DNA of 32,000 nt from Anaerosoma tenue (GTDB lineage: Bacteria; Actinomycetota; Coriobacteriia; Anaerosomatales; Anaerosomataceae). A model generated the notes under the pieces. That model saw nothing but the letters and a program-made list of their open reading frames with translations, ran no database searches and was not told where the DNA came from. The stretch spans positions 11,271 to 43,270 of the forward strand of contig NZ_JALNTY010000003.1 in NCBI RefSeq assembly GCF_023161965.1. The letters run 5' to 3'. This document shows positions 1-12,417 of this stretch, piece after piece. Every line of letters begins with the position of its first letter. Position 1 is the stretch's first letter. The position numbers and the translations under genes are program-made.

Positions 1-1998
1 GCGGTGGCGCGTCCGGTAGATGTGGTTCGAGAGCGCCGGCGCCAGCGTGTCGGTCACGAGCGAGCTCTTGCCGGAACCCGAGACGCCGGTGACCACGGTG
101 AGCGAGCCGAGAGGGATCGCCACGTCCACCGACTGCAGGTTGTTCTGGCGCGCGCCCTCCACCGTGATGTGACCGCGCTCGGCCTCCCGGCGCTCGGCGG
201 GTACGGGGATGCTCAGTTCGCCCGACATGTACCGCCCCGTCAGCGATTCGGCGCAGTGCAGCATCTTCTCCGGCTCGCCCACGCACACGAGCTCCCCGCC
301 GTGCTCGCCGGCGCCCGGCCCCATGTCCACAACGAAGTCCGCCGAGCGGATGGTCTCCTCGTCGTGTTCCACCACGATCACGGTGTTGCCGAGGTCGCGC
401 AGTCGCTCGAGCGCCGCGATCAACCGGGCGTTGTCGCGCTGATGCAGGCCGATGGAGGGCTCGTCGAGTATGTAGAGCACGCCCACGAGACCGCTGCCGA
501 TCTGCGTGGCGAGCCTGATGCGCTGCGCCTCCCCGCCCGAGAGCGTGGCCGTAGCGCGCTCGAGGGTGAGGTAGTCGAGCCCCACCTCGACGAGGAAGCG
601 CAGCCGCTCCACGATCTCCTTGATGATGCGGCGGCCGATCGCCTCATCGCGCTCGGAGAGCTCGACGCCCTCGAAGAACTCGAGCGAGTCCTTCGCCGAG
701 AGCATCGTCACCTCGTTGATGCTCTTGCCGCCGAACGCCACCGCGAGGATCTCGGGCTTGAGACGCGCGCCGCCGCACGAGGCGCACGGGATCACGGCCA
801 TGTACTCCTCAAGCTTCTCCTTGCTGGCGTCGCTCTCGGTCTCCTCGTGGCGGCGCATCACGCTGGCGAGCGCGCCCTCGTACTTCGTGAACCAGTACGT
901 CTCGCGGCCGTCCCGGGTCACGTAGTCGAGCCGGATCTTCTCGTCACCGAACCCGTGCAGCAGCTTGTGCCGCGCCTCCTCGGGCAGGTCGCTCCAGGGC
1001 GCGTCGATGCTCACACCCAGGTGTTTGGCGGCGGCCTCCACCAACTGCGGGTAGTAGTTGAGGTTGCCCGAGTAGGGCTTGATCGCGCCCTCGGCGATGG
1101 AGAGCGAGCGGTCAGGGACCACAAGGTCGGGGTCGGCCTCAAGCCTGCTGCCGATGCCGAGGCACTCGGGGCAGGCGCCATAGGGCGAGTTGAAGGAGAA
1201 GTCGCGCGGCGCAAGCTCGTCCATCGAGAACCCGTGCTCCGGACATGCCAGCGCCTGCGAGAACTCGTGCTCCTCGCCGTCCACCACGTCGATCATCACG
1301 GTGCCGCCCGCTAGCCGGAGCGCCATCTCCACGCTCTCGGCGAGACGCGTCCGGATGCCGTCCTTCATCACGAGCCGGTCGAGGACCACGTCGATCGTGT
1401 GCTTGTACTTCTTGTCGAGGACGATCTCCTCGTCGAGCATACGGACCTCGCCATCCACCCGCACGCGGGTGAATCCCTCGGCCTTGAGCTCGCTGAACAG
1501 CTTGCCGTACTCGCCCTTGCGCCCCTTCACCACCGGCGCGAGCACCTGGAACCTGGCGCCCTCGGCCATCTCGAGGATCGCGTCCACGATCTGCTCCGGC
1601 GTCTGCCGCTCGATGCGGCGGCCGCATATCGGGCAGTGCGGAACGCCCACCCGCGCGAAGAGCAGCCGGAGGTAGTCGTAGATCTCGGTGACGGTGCCCA
1701 CGGTCGACCGCGGGTTCTTGCTCGTGGTCTTCTGGTCGATCGCCACCGCGGGGGAGAGACCTTCGATGTGGTCCACGTCGGGTTTGTCCATCTGGCCGAG
1801 GAACTGCCGCGCATAGGCCGAGAGCGACTCCACGTACCGCCGCTGCCCCTCGGCGTAGATGGTGTCGAACGCGAGCGAGCTCTTGCCCGAGCCCGAAAGG
1901 CCCGTTATCACCACGAGCTGGTCACGGGGGATCTCGAGGTCGAAACCCTTGAGGTTGTGCTCGCGGGCGCCTCGGATGGAGATGTGGTCGAGAGACAT
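1..1998 (-). CDS. uvrA: Excinuclease ABC subunit A (UvrA), N-terminal ~666 codons; gene runs off the left edge of the window
   Basis: The minus-strand frame is open from ATG at 1998 to position 1. It is absent from the ORF track because it has no stop in the window. My translation begins [76 protein letters not shown]. It continues through CPICG and CASCGG zinc-finger motifs, [22 protein letters not shown] and a second Walker [10 protein letters not shown]. Confidence 0.95.
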   Translation of the reverse strand, partial: MSLDHISIRGAREHNLKGFDLEIPRDQLVVITGLSGSGKSSLAFDTIYAEGQRRYVESLSAYARQFLGQMDKPDVDHIEGLSPAVAIDQKTTSKNPRSTVGTVTEIYDYLRLLFARVGVPHCPICGRRIERQTPEQIVDAILEMAEGARFQVLAPVVKGRKGEYGKLFSELKAEGFTRVRVDGEVRMLDEEIVLDKKYKHTIDVVLDRLVMKDGIRTRLAESVEMALRLAGGTVMIDVVDGEEHEFSQALACPEHGFSMDELAPRDFSFNSPYGACPECLGIGSRLEADPDLVVPDRSLSIAEGAIKPYSGNLNYYPQLVEAAAKHLGVSIDAPWSDLPEEARHKLLHGFGDEKIRLDYVTRDGRETYWFTKYEGALASVMRRHEETESDASKEKLEEYMAVIPCASCGGARLKPEILAVAFGGKSINEVTMLSAKDSLEFFEGVELSERDEAIGRRIIKEIVERLRFLVEVGLDYLTLERATATLSGGEAQRIRLATQIGSGLVGVLYILDEPSIGLHQRDNARLIAALERLRDLGNTVIVVEHDEETIRSADFVVDMGPGAGEHGGELVCVGEPEKMLHCAESLTGRYMSGELSIPVPAERREAERGHITVEGARQNNLQSVDVAIPLGSLTVVTGVSGSGKSSLVTDTLAPALSNHIYRTRHR

Positions 1999-2037
1999 GC
2001 GGGTCGGCCTTTCGGTATGCAAGATGCGAGGGGTTTC

Positions 2038-2065
2038 TCTGCAAACCCCTATTCTACCCCGCCCT
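2038..2065 (-). promoter_or_regulatory. Candidate uvrA -10 element (TAGAAT on minus, 2060-2065) abutting the inverted repeat AGGGGTTT-N6-AAACCCCT (2038-2059)
   Basis: The minus strand reads GGGGTAGAATAGGGGTTTGCAGAGAAACCCCTCGC about 40-65 nt upstream of the uvrA ATG. The palindrome has perfect 8-bp arms. No convincing -35 is present. Confidence 0.25.
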
Positions 2066-2190
2066 CACCAGCCCCGCACCCGGTCCGCAGCGACTCGCCT
2101 CGGCACCGCACCCGTTCCGTCGCGCGCTGCTTTCGCACCGCGTGCCGGGGTCCGGCGTCCTGCGTGGAGACACGCCCTTGTCGCAGGACC

Positions 2191-2217
2191 TTCACGGTGG
2201 CGTCACACCGCTGAAAC
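2191..2217 (+). promoter_or_regulatory. GlnR-box-like array TTCAC-n6-GTCAC-n6-GAAAC upstream of amtB
   Basis: The sequence is ttcacggtggcgtcacaccgctgaaac. Three pentamers start at 2191, 2202 and 2213, an exact 11-bp period. GTCAC-n6-GAAAC fits the published actinobacterial GlnR consensus gTnAc-n6-GaAAc. The array lies 83-109 nt upstream of the amtB ATG. Confidence 0.5.
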
Positions 2218-2299
2218 ACACCGCGTCCACCGTGGATGCATGACATACCCGTGCCAGGTACGCGGGGCGATCGTGAGGCGACCGGAAGGAAGGAAGCGC

Positions 2300-3965
<1,666 letters not shown>

Positions 3966-3969
3966 GACG

Positions 3970-6276
3970 ATGTGCGCAACACCACGGGCGACAGGGATGC
4001 CGGCGGGCGGTCCACTCCAGTGGTACACCGCCCGCCGGGCGGCCCTCATGGCAACGGCGGTGCCCGGCTCGGCCGCGGCACGCGAACTCTCCGACCTCAC
4101 GGATGAGGCCGTCCTGGCACTGGCCGGGGCGGCCCCGTCGCACGCCCGCCCGCCGTTCGCAGTCTTCGCGCTCGGAGGATACGGGGCCCGCCGCCTGCTG
4201 CCCGGGTCGGACATCGATCTACTGATCGTGTCCGAGGGCAACGCCCGTGACCTGGAGCCGCTCGTACGGACGCTGCTCTACCCGCTCTGGGACACCGGGG
4301 TCGATGTGGGTCACCAGGTACGCACGCGCGCCGGACAGGTACGCGCGGTGAGCGCCGACCTCACCGTGGCGACCGCATTCCTCACGGCCCGGTTCATCGG
4401 GGGCGATGAGCGGCTGGCGCACCGCGTGGTGGCCGACGCGTTCAAGCGGCTCCGCCGGGACCGGCGCCGTCTCCTGGACGAGATCGGAGCGCGCGCCCGT
4501 ACCGGTTCGCCGTATCTGCTGGCGCCCGACCTCAAGGAGGGAGCCGGCGGACAGCGGGACATCGACGAACTCGTCTGGCGCGCGGCGCTCGAAGCCGGCG
4601 TGCCGCTCACGAACGTTCCTGTCGACACCGCGCTCGAGGAGGCCCAGGACACGATCACGGCAGCCCGCTGGCGTCTGCACCTGCATCGGCCCACGGCACG
4701 AAACCTCATGGGTGTGGCCGACGCGGAGGCGGCCGGTATCGACGCGGAGGCCGTGCAGCGCGCGCTGGCGGCGGTGCAGCACATCCTTTTGGCAACGCGC
4801 GACGCGGTCCGTCGCACGAAGCGAAGCACTGCCGAGGACCCGCCCGCACCGCTTGGCCTCGCCGACCTCGTAAGCGCCGCGCGAGAAGGCGCGCGCGTCC
4901 TCCCGAGCGTGGAGCGTGCCGTCTACGCCGGCGGGCTCGACCATGCCGTACCGGGCTTCTCGGCGCTGATGACGCTGCGCCGCCCGGGCCTCTCGCACCG
5001 CTACACGGTGGGGGCCCACAGCCTGCACACGCTCGTGTCGCTCTTCAACGGCGACCAGGCGCATGCTGGAGACGCGCTTCCGGGTGACGCGTTCGAGGCG
5101 CTTGTGGTGGCCGCGCTCACGCACGACATCGGCAAGCGCGAGCCGGGACCGGACCACGCGGAGCGCGGTGCGGCGGAGGCCGGATCCGCTGCCGGGCGCC
5201 TTGGGCTTGCCCCGGATCCATGCCGCATCGTGGAGACGCTCGTGCGAGAGCACCTGCTCCTCGGCGAGGTCGCCACGAGTCGCGACCTGACCGACGAGGA
5301 CGTCGTACTGGAGGTGGCGGCGCGGATCGGCAGGCGGGATCTCGTGGAGCCGCTCTTCCTGCTGACCGCGGCTGACATGACCGCCACCGGCCCCGATGTC
5401 TGGACGCCATGGCGCCGTTCGCTCGTGGTCGAGCTGGCCCGCAAGACCGAGGCCGCCCTCTCGCCGGAGATCGACGGCACCGGCATCGTCTCGATGGCAC
5501 ACGCGTGCCGCGACGAGGCGGCGCGTCTCGCACTCGCGGAAGGCGCCTCGCGCGCCGTGCTGTCATTCATCGAGACCGCGCCGCTCCGGTACCTCGCCAG
5601 GCGTACTCCCGGGCACGTGCTGCGCGACGGACGCCTTGTCCAGAGCCTGTCCGGCCCGGGAGTGTTCGGGGAGGTCGCGCTGGACGTACGCGCAGGTGAT
5701 GCCCCCGACACATGGCTGCTCGACATCGCCACCCGCGACAGACCGGGGCTCTTTGCGGCGATCGCCGGTGCGGTGGCGGTCTCGGGCCTCGACACGCTTG
5801 CCGCCGAGGCCTTCACGTCCCACCGTGGCGTGGGGCTCGACATGTTCGTGGTAGCGCCTTCCACTGGAGCCCCTGTGGACGCGAGCACCTGGCATGCCCT
5901 TGAGCGTCACCTCTCCGACGCGCTGAGCGGCCGGGCCGGTCTCGAGTCGCTGCTTGAGGGACGGCGCAGACACTACCGCCCTCGCCCGGTACCCGATGCC
6001 ACACCGTGCAAGGTGACGCTCGGCCCGTGCGGCCCGTTCTCCTCCAGCGTGCACGTCCGCACTCACGACCGCATCGGACTGCTCCACGACCTTGCTTCGG
6101 CGATCCAATGCGCCGGGCTCGACATACGGCGCGCCGTGGTCACCACGCGCTCGGGCGTTGCCGACGACGTGTTCGATCTCACCGACGCGATGGGATCCCC
6201 GCCGCAACGCGACGTGCTCGAGACCGTGCTGGTGCCCCTCCTCGCGGCCGCCGCCGACAACGGGTCCGGGCGCTGA
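3970..6276 (+). CDS. glnD: [Protein-PII] uridylyl/adenylyl-transferase (GlnD)
   Basis: Nucleotidyltransferase motif GGYGARRLLPGSDIDLLIV, HD domain LTHDIGKREPGPDHAERG, and two C-terminal ACT-like segments (LLDIATRDRPGLFAAIAGAVAVSGL and VHVRTHDRIGLLHDLASAIQCAGLDI). Start is taken as ATG 3970, 4 nt after the glnK stop. ATG 3997 is also possible. The order amtB-glnK-glnD is the classic actinobacterial operon. Confidence 0.85.
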   Translation: MCATPRATGMPAGGPLQWYTARRAALMATAVPGSAAARELSDLTDEAVLALAGAAPSHARPPFAVFALGGYGARRLLPGSDIDLLIVSEGNARDLEPLVRTLLYPLWDTGVDVGHQVRTRAGQVRAVSADLTVATAFLTARFIGGDERLAHRVVADAFKRLRRDRRRLLDEIGARARTGSPYLLAPDLKEGAGGQRDIDELVWRAALEAGVPLTNVPVDTALEEAQDTITAARWRLHLHRPTARNLMGVADAEAAGIDAEAVQRALAAVQHILLATRDAVRRTKRSTAEDPPAPLGLADLVSAAREGARVLPSVERAVYAGGLDHAVPGFSALMTLRRPGLSHRYTVGAHSLHTLVSLFNGDQAHAGDALPGDAFEALVVAALTHDIGKREPGPDHAERGAAEAGSAAGRLGLAPDPCRIVETLVREHLLLGEVATSRDLTDEDVVLEVAARIGRRDLVEPLFLLTAADMTATGPDVWTPWRRSLVVELARKTEAALSPEIDGTGIVSMAHACRDEAARLALAEGASRAVLSFIETAPLRYLARRTPGHVLRDGRLVQSLSGPGVFGEVALDVRAGDAPDTWLLDIATRDRPGLFAAIAGAVAVSGLDTLAAEAFTSHRGVGLDMFVVAPSTGAPVDASTWHALERHLSDALSGRAGLESLLEGRRRHYRPRPVPDATPCKVTLGPCGPFSSSVHVRTHDRIGLLHDLASAIQCAGLDIRRAVVTTRSGVADDVFDLTDAMGSPPQRDVLETVLVPLLAAAADNGSGR

Positions 6277-6306
6277 ACGGCGGGGTCCATGCCGGGACCC
6301 CGCCGT
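6277..6306. terminator. Bidirectional hairpin between convergent glnD and the SDR gene
   Basis: ACGGCGGGGTCC-atgccg-GGACCCCGCCGT forms a 12-13 bp perfect GC-rich stem with a 6-nt loop directly after the glnD TGA. Only a short TT follows on the plus strand. Confidence 0.55.
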
Positions 6307-6327
6307 TGCCTTGCACGTCGCCGGCCC

Positions 6328-7110
6328 CTACACCAGCGGCGGGGCGTCCACGAAGCCGCCGTCAACGTGAAGCGTGGTGCCGGTGACGTAGGAGGACGCG
6401 TCGGAACACAGCCAGAGGCTCGCCTCGGCCACTTCCGACGGCTGGGCGAAGCGGCCCAGGTTGCTCATCTGCAGCGCATAGCGCTCGGGGTCGAGACCGA
6501 ACTGCGTGAGGGCGTTCCGCAGCATCGGGGTGTCGATGGCGCCCGGCGCCACCGCGTTCACCCTGATGTCATGCGGACCGTTCTCCATGGCCGCGGTCTT
6601 GGTCATGCCCACCACACCGGCCTTGGCGGCCGTGTACGCGAACGTGGTCATCTGCGGCCGGAAGCCGCTCACCGACGAGATGTTGACGATCGACCCGCCG
6701 TCGCCCTGGGCGATCAGCTGCCGGAGCTCGTACTTGAGGCACAGTGCGGTGCCCTTGAGGTCGATCGACATCAGCCGGTCGTAGTAGTCCTCGTCGAAGT
6801 CCGATATCAGGCCCTGGTCGGGCGTGAGGGCCGCGTTGTTCACCGCCACGTCGAGCCTGCCATAGGTCTCCACGGTCTTCGCGACCATCGCCTCGACCTC
6901 GGCGGACTTGGAGATGTCCACATACACGAACGTCGCGTCACCACCGTCGGCGACGATCTCCTCGGCCACCTTCGAGCCGGTCTCCCGGTTGAAGTCGGCC
7001 ACGACGACCTTGGCGCCCGACGCCGCGAACAGCCGCGCGGTCACTTCGCCCATGCCCTGACCCGCGCCGGTGACGATCGCGACCTTGCCCTCAAGTACTG
7101 GATATGCCAT
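6328..7110 (-). CDS. Short-chain dehydrogenase/reductase (classical SDR)
   Basis: Begins MAYPVLEGKVAIVTGAGQGMGEVTARLF (TGxxxGxG), followed by NNAA and a catalytic SSVSG...YTAAK triad. Start is ATG 7110, with GGGAAGGGG 7 nt upstream. The track ORF start at 7242 was rejected. Confidence 0.85.
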   Translation of the reverse strand: MAYPVLEGKVAIVTGAGQGMGEVTARLFAASGAKVVVADFNRETGSKVAEEIVADGGDATFVYVDISKSAEVEAMVAKTVETYGRLDVAVNNAALTPDQGLISDFDEDYYDRLMSIDLKGTALCLKYELRQLIAQGDGGSIVNISSVSGFRPQMTTFAYTAAKAGVVGMTKTAAMENGPHDIRVNAVAPGAIDTPMLRNALTQFGLDPERYALQMSNLGRFAQPSEVAEASLWLCSDASSYVTGTTLHVDGGFVDAPPLV

Positions 7111-7216
7111 CAGTCGACCCCTTCCCATGTTTTCCGGGCGGCTGGATGAGTGCCGCCGAGCCAACACTGTAGGGGCCGAATGTTTGTAACTGCAAGTCAC
7201 AATGTTTGATACTTCT

Positions 7217-7245
7217 CGTATGGCGGGCGGTACACCCGCCATACG
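7217..7245 (-). terminator. Strong hairpin 10 nt after the acs stop (possible U-tract-less terminator)
   Basis: On the minus strand, CGTATGGCGGG-tgtaccg-CCCGCCATACG gives an 11-bp perfect stem. No T-run follows, so terminator function is uncertain. Confidence 0.3.
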
Positions 7246-7254
7246 ATCGCGCGC

Positions 7255-9240
<1,986 letters not shown>

Positions 9241-9330
9241 ACCATGCTCCTCCCGGTCGCCTTGTATTCGTATTCCCCTTCTGCCCCCCTCTTGTCGTGT
9301 ACGATACGCATACCCGCTGTAAGGAACCTT

Positions 9331-10149
9331 GTGAGCACACTCACCCGAAAGTACGACGACCTGCGCAACCGCCTGGCCAACCTCGGCAGCGCGCTGGTCG
9401 CATACTCTGGCGGCGTAGACTCCACCTTGCTCGCCTTCACGGGACACGTGGTGCTCGGCGAGAAGTGCCTCGCGGTGATCGCCGTCTCCGACGTGCATCC
9501 CGCCTCCGAGATCGACGAGGCGCGGGCCACGGCGCGTTCGCTCGGCCTGAACACGTACGAGGTCGAGACGTACGAGCTCACCGACCCTCGCTTCCAGTCG
9601 AATCCCCCCGATCGCTGCTACTACTGCAAGGCCGAGATGTTCTCCCTGTTCCGGACCATCGCCACCACGCGAGGCATCTCATGGGTGCTCGACGGGACCA
9701 ACGCCGACGACCCGGGACAACACCGCCCCGGGCTGCGCGCGATCAGCGAGTTCGGTGTGGTGAGCCCGCTCCTGGATGTGGGCCTGCACAAGGACGAGAT
9801 CAGGGCGCTTTCCGAGCAGCTCGGCCTCCCCACGTGGGACAAGCCCTCAGGCGCGTGCCTCGCCACACGGTTCCCCTACGGCACACCTATCACCGAGGAG
9901 GACCTCGACCGTGTCGCGGTCGCGGAGGCTGCCGCACGGAGACTGGGGCTCAAGCAGGTACGCGTACGCTCGCACGGCGACATCGCCCGGATCGAGGTCG
10001 ACCCCTCGGAGATGGAGCGTGCCTTCGCGCTGCGCGAGCAGCTTGCGGCGGGTGTGCGCGCGGCGGGCTTCGAGTTCGTCACGCAGGATCTCGACGGGTA
10101 CCGGAGCGGCTCCCTCGACGAGGGACTCGAGGAGCCCCGGAGCGAGTAG
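9331..10149 (+). CDS. larE: PP-loop ATP pyrophosphatase of the LarE / TIGR00268 type (putative sulfur transferase)
   Basis: GTG start with AAGGAA upstream. PP-loop motif [10 protein letters not shown], plus CYYCK and [11 protein letters not shown], which gives a three-Cys set. The length (272 aa) and C-terminal region [14 protein letters not shown] are typical of the family. Confidence 0.65.
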   Translation: MSTLTRKYDDLRNRLANLGSALVAYSGGVDSTLLAFTGHVVLGEKCLAVIAVSDVHPASEIDEARATARSLGLNTYEVETYELTDPRFQSNPPDRCYYCKAEMFSLFRTIATTRGISWVLDGTNADDPGQHRPGLRAISEFGVVSPLLDVGLHKDEIRALSEQLGLPTWDKPSGACLATRFPYGTPITEEDLDRVAVAEAAARRLGLKQVRVRSHGDIARIEVDPSEMERAFALREQLAAGVRAAGFEFVTQDLDGYRSGSLDEGLEEPRSE

Positions 10150-10567
10150 CGCGCACGGCCGACGACCGCCTGACCCATGCCACCGCGATGCCCAGCAGTA
10201 CCGGGACGGCGGTGAACACCTGGGTCGACGCGAGGACTCCGGTCGGCGAGTCCATCGACGGTCCGAGGAGCGCGAGTGCCATGACCACGCCGAGGTACGC
10301 GACCGAACCGGTCCAGACGCCCGCGCGGTTCCGCTCGAACCGCGCCACCCGGCGCACGAGACCGTACGCGATGACGCCGAGCGTCGCCAGCCCGCCGCCC
10401 CAGACCGACCACGCTACCGCCCCCATCACGCCCTCGTCTTCGATGCGAAGGAAGTAGACCGCGAAGAACGGCAGCGCGTACAGCACGTACTGGAACGCGG
10501 CGGCGATCACTATCAGCACAACCGGTACGGCCAGCGCCACGATGATGGTGCGCATCGTGCGAGTCAT
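10079..10567 (-). CDS. Hypothetical integral membrane protein (about 4 TM segments, Arg-rich tail)
   Basis: Begins MTRTMRTIIVALAVPVVLIVIAAAFQYVLYALPFFAVYFL. Its ATG shares one base with the upstream gene's TGA (TGATG). The 3' 71 nt overlap the convergent larE-like gene. Confidence 0.55.
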   Translation of the reverse strand: MTRTMRTIIVALAVPVVLIVIAAAFQYVLYALPFFAVYFLRIEDEGVMGAVAWSVWGGGLATLGVIAYGLVRRVARFERNRAGVWTGSVAYLGVVMALALLGPSMDSPTGVLASTQVFTAVPVLLGIAVAWVRRSSAVRATRSGAPRVPRRGSRSGTRRDPA

Positions 10568-10989
10568 CACGCCACCGCGGTCCACCGGTGTTCGCCTAGT
10601 GTCACGAAGGCGATCGTAAGTCCGATCAGGGCAGGCAGGGCGATCCCCGGCTCGTAGACCCCGGCAGGGTCACCTACGGTCGCGAATCCCAACCATACGA
10701 CCGGAGACACCGCCAGTCCCGGCCAGACGCACCATGGAACAGGCCTGCGGCGACCGATCATCTTGATCGTCGCATGTATGACGCCCGCATACACGCCCAG
10801 CCCGCCGATAAGAGCGAGCATATACGCGGCAACACCTGCGTACTCGCCCAGGCGCAGCACGACGATCACCGCCATGGCCATGCCCAACGACGTCATGAGC
10901 AGGACGTATGGCACCACGCCGCCCGCAATGACCGCCCCCAGCCCCCACAGGATTCCACGTCCCCAGCCGAGCTGTGCCGATCGAGTCAT
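10567..10989 (-). CDS. Hypothetical integral membrane protein (about 4 TM segments)
   Basis: Begins MTRSAQLGWGRGILWGLGAVIAGGVVPYVLLMTSLGMAMAVIVVL. GGGGGAG lies 6 nt upstream of ATG 10989. ATG 10995 is an alternative start. Confidence 0.6.
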   Translation of the reverse strand: MTRSAQLGWGRGILWGLGAVIAGGVVPYVLLMTSLGMAMAVIVVLRLGEYAGVAAYMLALIGGLGVYAGVIHATIKMIGRRRPVPWCVWPGLAVSPVVWLGFATVGDPAGVYEPGIALPALIGLTIAFVTLGEHRWTAVA

Positions 10990-11049
10990 CGTCATCTCCC
11001 CCTGCCCCCTCCATGCCGGACACCAGTTCACCGCCGACGGCTCCGGCCC

Positions 11050-12408
11050 CTACTCGGTAAGCACACGCAGCGCCGCCCTCACCGCGGCCGGCATGCGCTC
11101 CCGCACGCGCACGGGATCGCCCATCGCCCGACCGAGGATGCGCGTGGTGAACGGCTGCGCCGTGGACACGATGTCGATCTCCGGATAGAGGGCGCGTGCC
11201 ACACCCTCCACTGTTGCGAGCGACTTGATGAGCAGGCCGTATCCTCCGGGGATCGCGATGTCGTGCGCCCCCAGCAGCCTGAGGAACCCAAGCCCGAAGT
11301 GGGCGAAATCGCGGGTGCCGTCTGGTCGCACATCGCCATCCAGCAGCTCGCCCAGCCCTTTGCGCACAGGCTCGACGTGCTCGGGTGGCACATGCACGCC
11401 GAGCTTCTCCGAGTACCTGAGCGCCCTGTCCGGGTCACGGTAGACGAGGGCAGCCATCACCTGCGTGATGTTCATCCGCTCCTCGGGAGTGAGGTAGCCG
11501 ACGATGCCGAAATCCAGATACGCGATGGTGTTCTCGGGGGTGACGAAGATGTTCGCGGGATGCAGGTCGGCGTGATAGCGGCCGTAGACGAAGACCTGCC
11601 GCATGAACGCCGTCGCCCCGTGGATCGCAAGACCTTTGCAGTCAACGCCCGCCGCACGCGCGGTCTCAAGGTCACTCAATCGCCATCCGGTGATGTACTC
11701 CATGGTGAGCACCTTCGCGGTGGTCCTCGACCACACGATCCGCGGCGCCACCACCTTGTCGTCGTCGCGAAAGTCGAAAACGAATCGGTCAGCGAACCGG
11801 CCTTCCTTACGCAAGTCGAGCTCCCGGTCCACCGTCTCGGCGAACTCGTCAACGAGCGCCACAGGGTCGAATCGGCGCGCGAACCGGGTTCCCGCGAGGC
11901 GGGTAGCCAGCCGGCGCACTATGGCCACGTCGCCCCTGATGGACTCGGCCGCCCCCGGGCGCACGACCTTCACCACGACCTCGGCGCCCGCCGGAAGCAC
12001 GTCGCCCCACACAGGTCGGCAGGGTGCGGCGAGTGTCGCCCGATGTACCTGAGCGATCGAAGCGGCGGCGAGCGGCGTGTCATCGAAGGACGCGAACAAC
12101 TCCTCGGGCTCCGCCGCGAACTCACTGCGGATGACCGAGCGGATGGCACTCGCGGGTATGGGTGGAACAGCGTCCTGCATGCTCTGCATCTCGGCGACCA
12201 GCTCCGCCGAGAACTCGTCGGGCCTCACGGAGATGAGTTGGCCGAGTTTCACGAACGCCGGGCCGAGGCGCTCGAACGACAGACGCAACGCGCGGGCCCA
12301 GGCCGCGCGCCTCACGCGGCCCGGCGCCAGGCCGAAGCGCGCAGAGGGCAGCTGCCGTACCAGCTGGCCGAGCGTGACCCCCACGATGACGGCGTTACGG
12401 GATGGCAT
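11050..12408 (-). CDS. ABC1/UbiB-family atypical protein kinase
   Basis: Family signatures LGPAFVKLGQLISVRPDEF, PLAAASIAQVHRATL, VVVKVVRPG, GRYHADLHPANIFV and LDFGIVG. 452 aa. Confidence 0.85.
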   Translation of the reverse strand: MPSRNAVIVGVTLGQLVRQLPSARFGLAPGRVRRAAWARALRLSFERLGPAFVKLGQLISVRPDEFSAELVAEMQSMQDAVPPIPASAIRSVIRSEFAAEPEELFASFDDTPLAAASIAQVHRATLAAPCRPVWGDVLPAGAEVVVKVVRPGAAESIRGDVAIVRRLATRLAGTRFARRFDPVALVDEFAETVDRELDLRKEGRFADRFVFDFRDDDKVVAPRIVWSRTTAKVLTMEYITGWRLSDLETARAAGVDCKGLAIHGATAFMRQVFVYGRYHADLHPANIFVTPENTIAYLDFGIVGYLTPEERMNITQVMAALVYRDPDRALRYSEKLGVHVPPEHVEPVRKGLGELLDGDVRPDGTRDFAHFGLGFLRLLGAHDIAIPGGYGLLIKSLATVEGVARALYPEIDIVSTAQPFTTRILGRAMGDPVRVRERMPAAVRAALRVLTE

Positions 12409-12417
12409 GGCGCACCC

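Noticed and set aside
22-34. tRNA T-arm-like GGTTCGA strings, here and at ~3022
   Set aside because: They lie inside the uvrA and amtB coding frames, and no acceptor or anticodon stems can be drawn around them. No tRNA, rRNA or obvious structured ncRNA gene was found in the window.
4-1314. 436-aa plus-strand ORF, and similar long ORFs at 2192-3553(-), 4219-5502(-), 10774-12792(+), 12729-14426(+), 18297-19721(+), 21217-23205(+) and the 5' 1950 nt of 23744-26299(+)
   Set aside because: Each lies antisense to or out of frame with a gene that has unmistakable family motifs (uvrA, amtB, glnD, ubiB, the P-type ATPase, uvrB, rpsA, polA). Their products are Arg/His/Gly/Pro-rich low-complexity strings with no recognisable motifs. 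This is typical of shadow ORFs in high-GC DNA, where stop codons are rare.
1859-2299. 147-codon N-terminal extension of the amtB ORF
   Set aside because: The extension overlaps the uvrA start and the divergent promoter region and has Arg/Pro-rich non-membrane composition. ATG 2300 has a strong GGAAGGAAGG RBS and begins the first TM helix.
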